From NCBI GenBank assembly GCA_033442325.1, contig JAWQFM010000029.1, forward strand, positions 806,848 to 870,847: a stretch of DNA of 64,000 nucleotides. Reading direction: 5' to 3'. Both the position numbers and the translations under genes were made by a program. Position 1 is the stretch's first letter. Each line of letters starts with the position of its first letter. Below are positions 59,064-64,000 of this stretch, one piece after another. The DNA is from Salpingoeca rosetta. Taxonomy: Eukaryota; Protista; Choanoflagellata. The notes under the pieces are model-generated. The model saw nothing but the letters and a program-made list of their open reading frames with translations. It was not told the DNA's origin and did not search any database.

Positions 59064-64000
<4,937 letters not shown>

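Overview
Eukaryotic, GC-rich, intron-dense genomic DNA with (CA)n/(GT)n/(GA)n microsatellites in almost every intron and four assembly gaps. The style and gene content point to a choanoflagellate, probably Salpingoeca rosetta (inference). Gene models were spliced by hand from GT..AG sites with frame checks. In order: tRNA-Leu(AAG); a coiled-coil hypothetical gene (-); an intronless armadillo-repeat gene (+); an orphan STI1-like terminal exon (+); a SPICE1-like centriolar gene (-) interrupted by a probable mis-assembly; a scramblase/tubby-C-like gene (+); an intronless secreted protein with 2 PPC-like and 3 C-type lectin domains (-); DDX52/ROK1 (+); a 14-exon Ser/Thr kinase with a possible ubiquitin-like domain and coiled coil (+); a Na+/K+-ATPase alpha subunit (-); KDM4 (+); kinesin-13 (-); and the 5' part of a large CBM20-like protein (+). 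The strongest lead is the Na pump, which has Lys/Gln at the two ion-site Asn positions (N776/N324) that are Lys in the brine-shrimp reduced-stoichiometry pump. Other leads are a possibly IKK/TBK1-like kinase architecture, a lectin with bacterial-type PPC modules, a possible RNF213-like N-terminus, and polarised complementary GT/CA repeats at opposite ends of introns. All homology calls are from recalled motifs; no searches were run.
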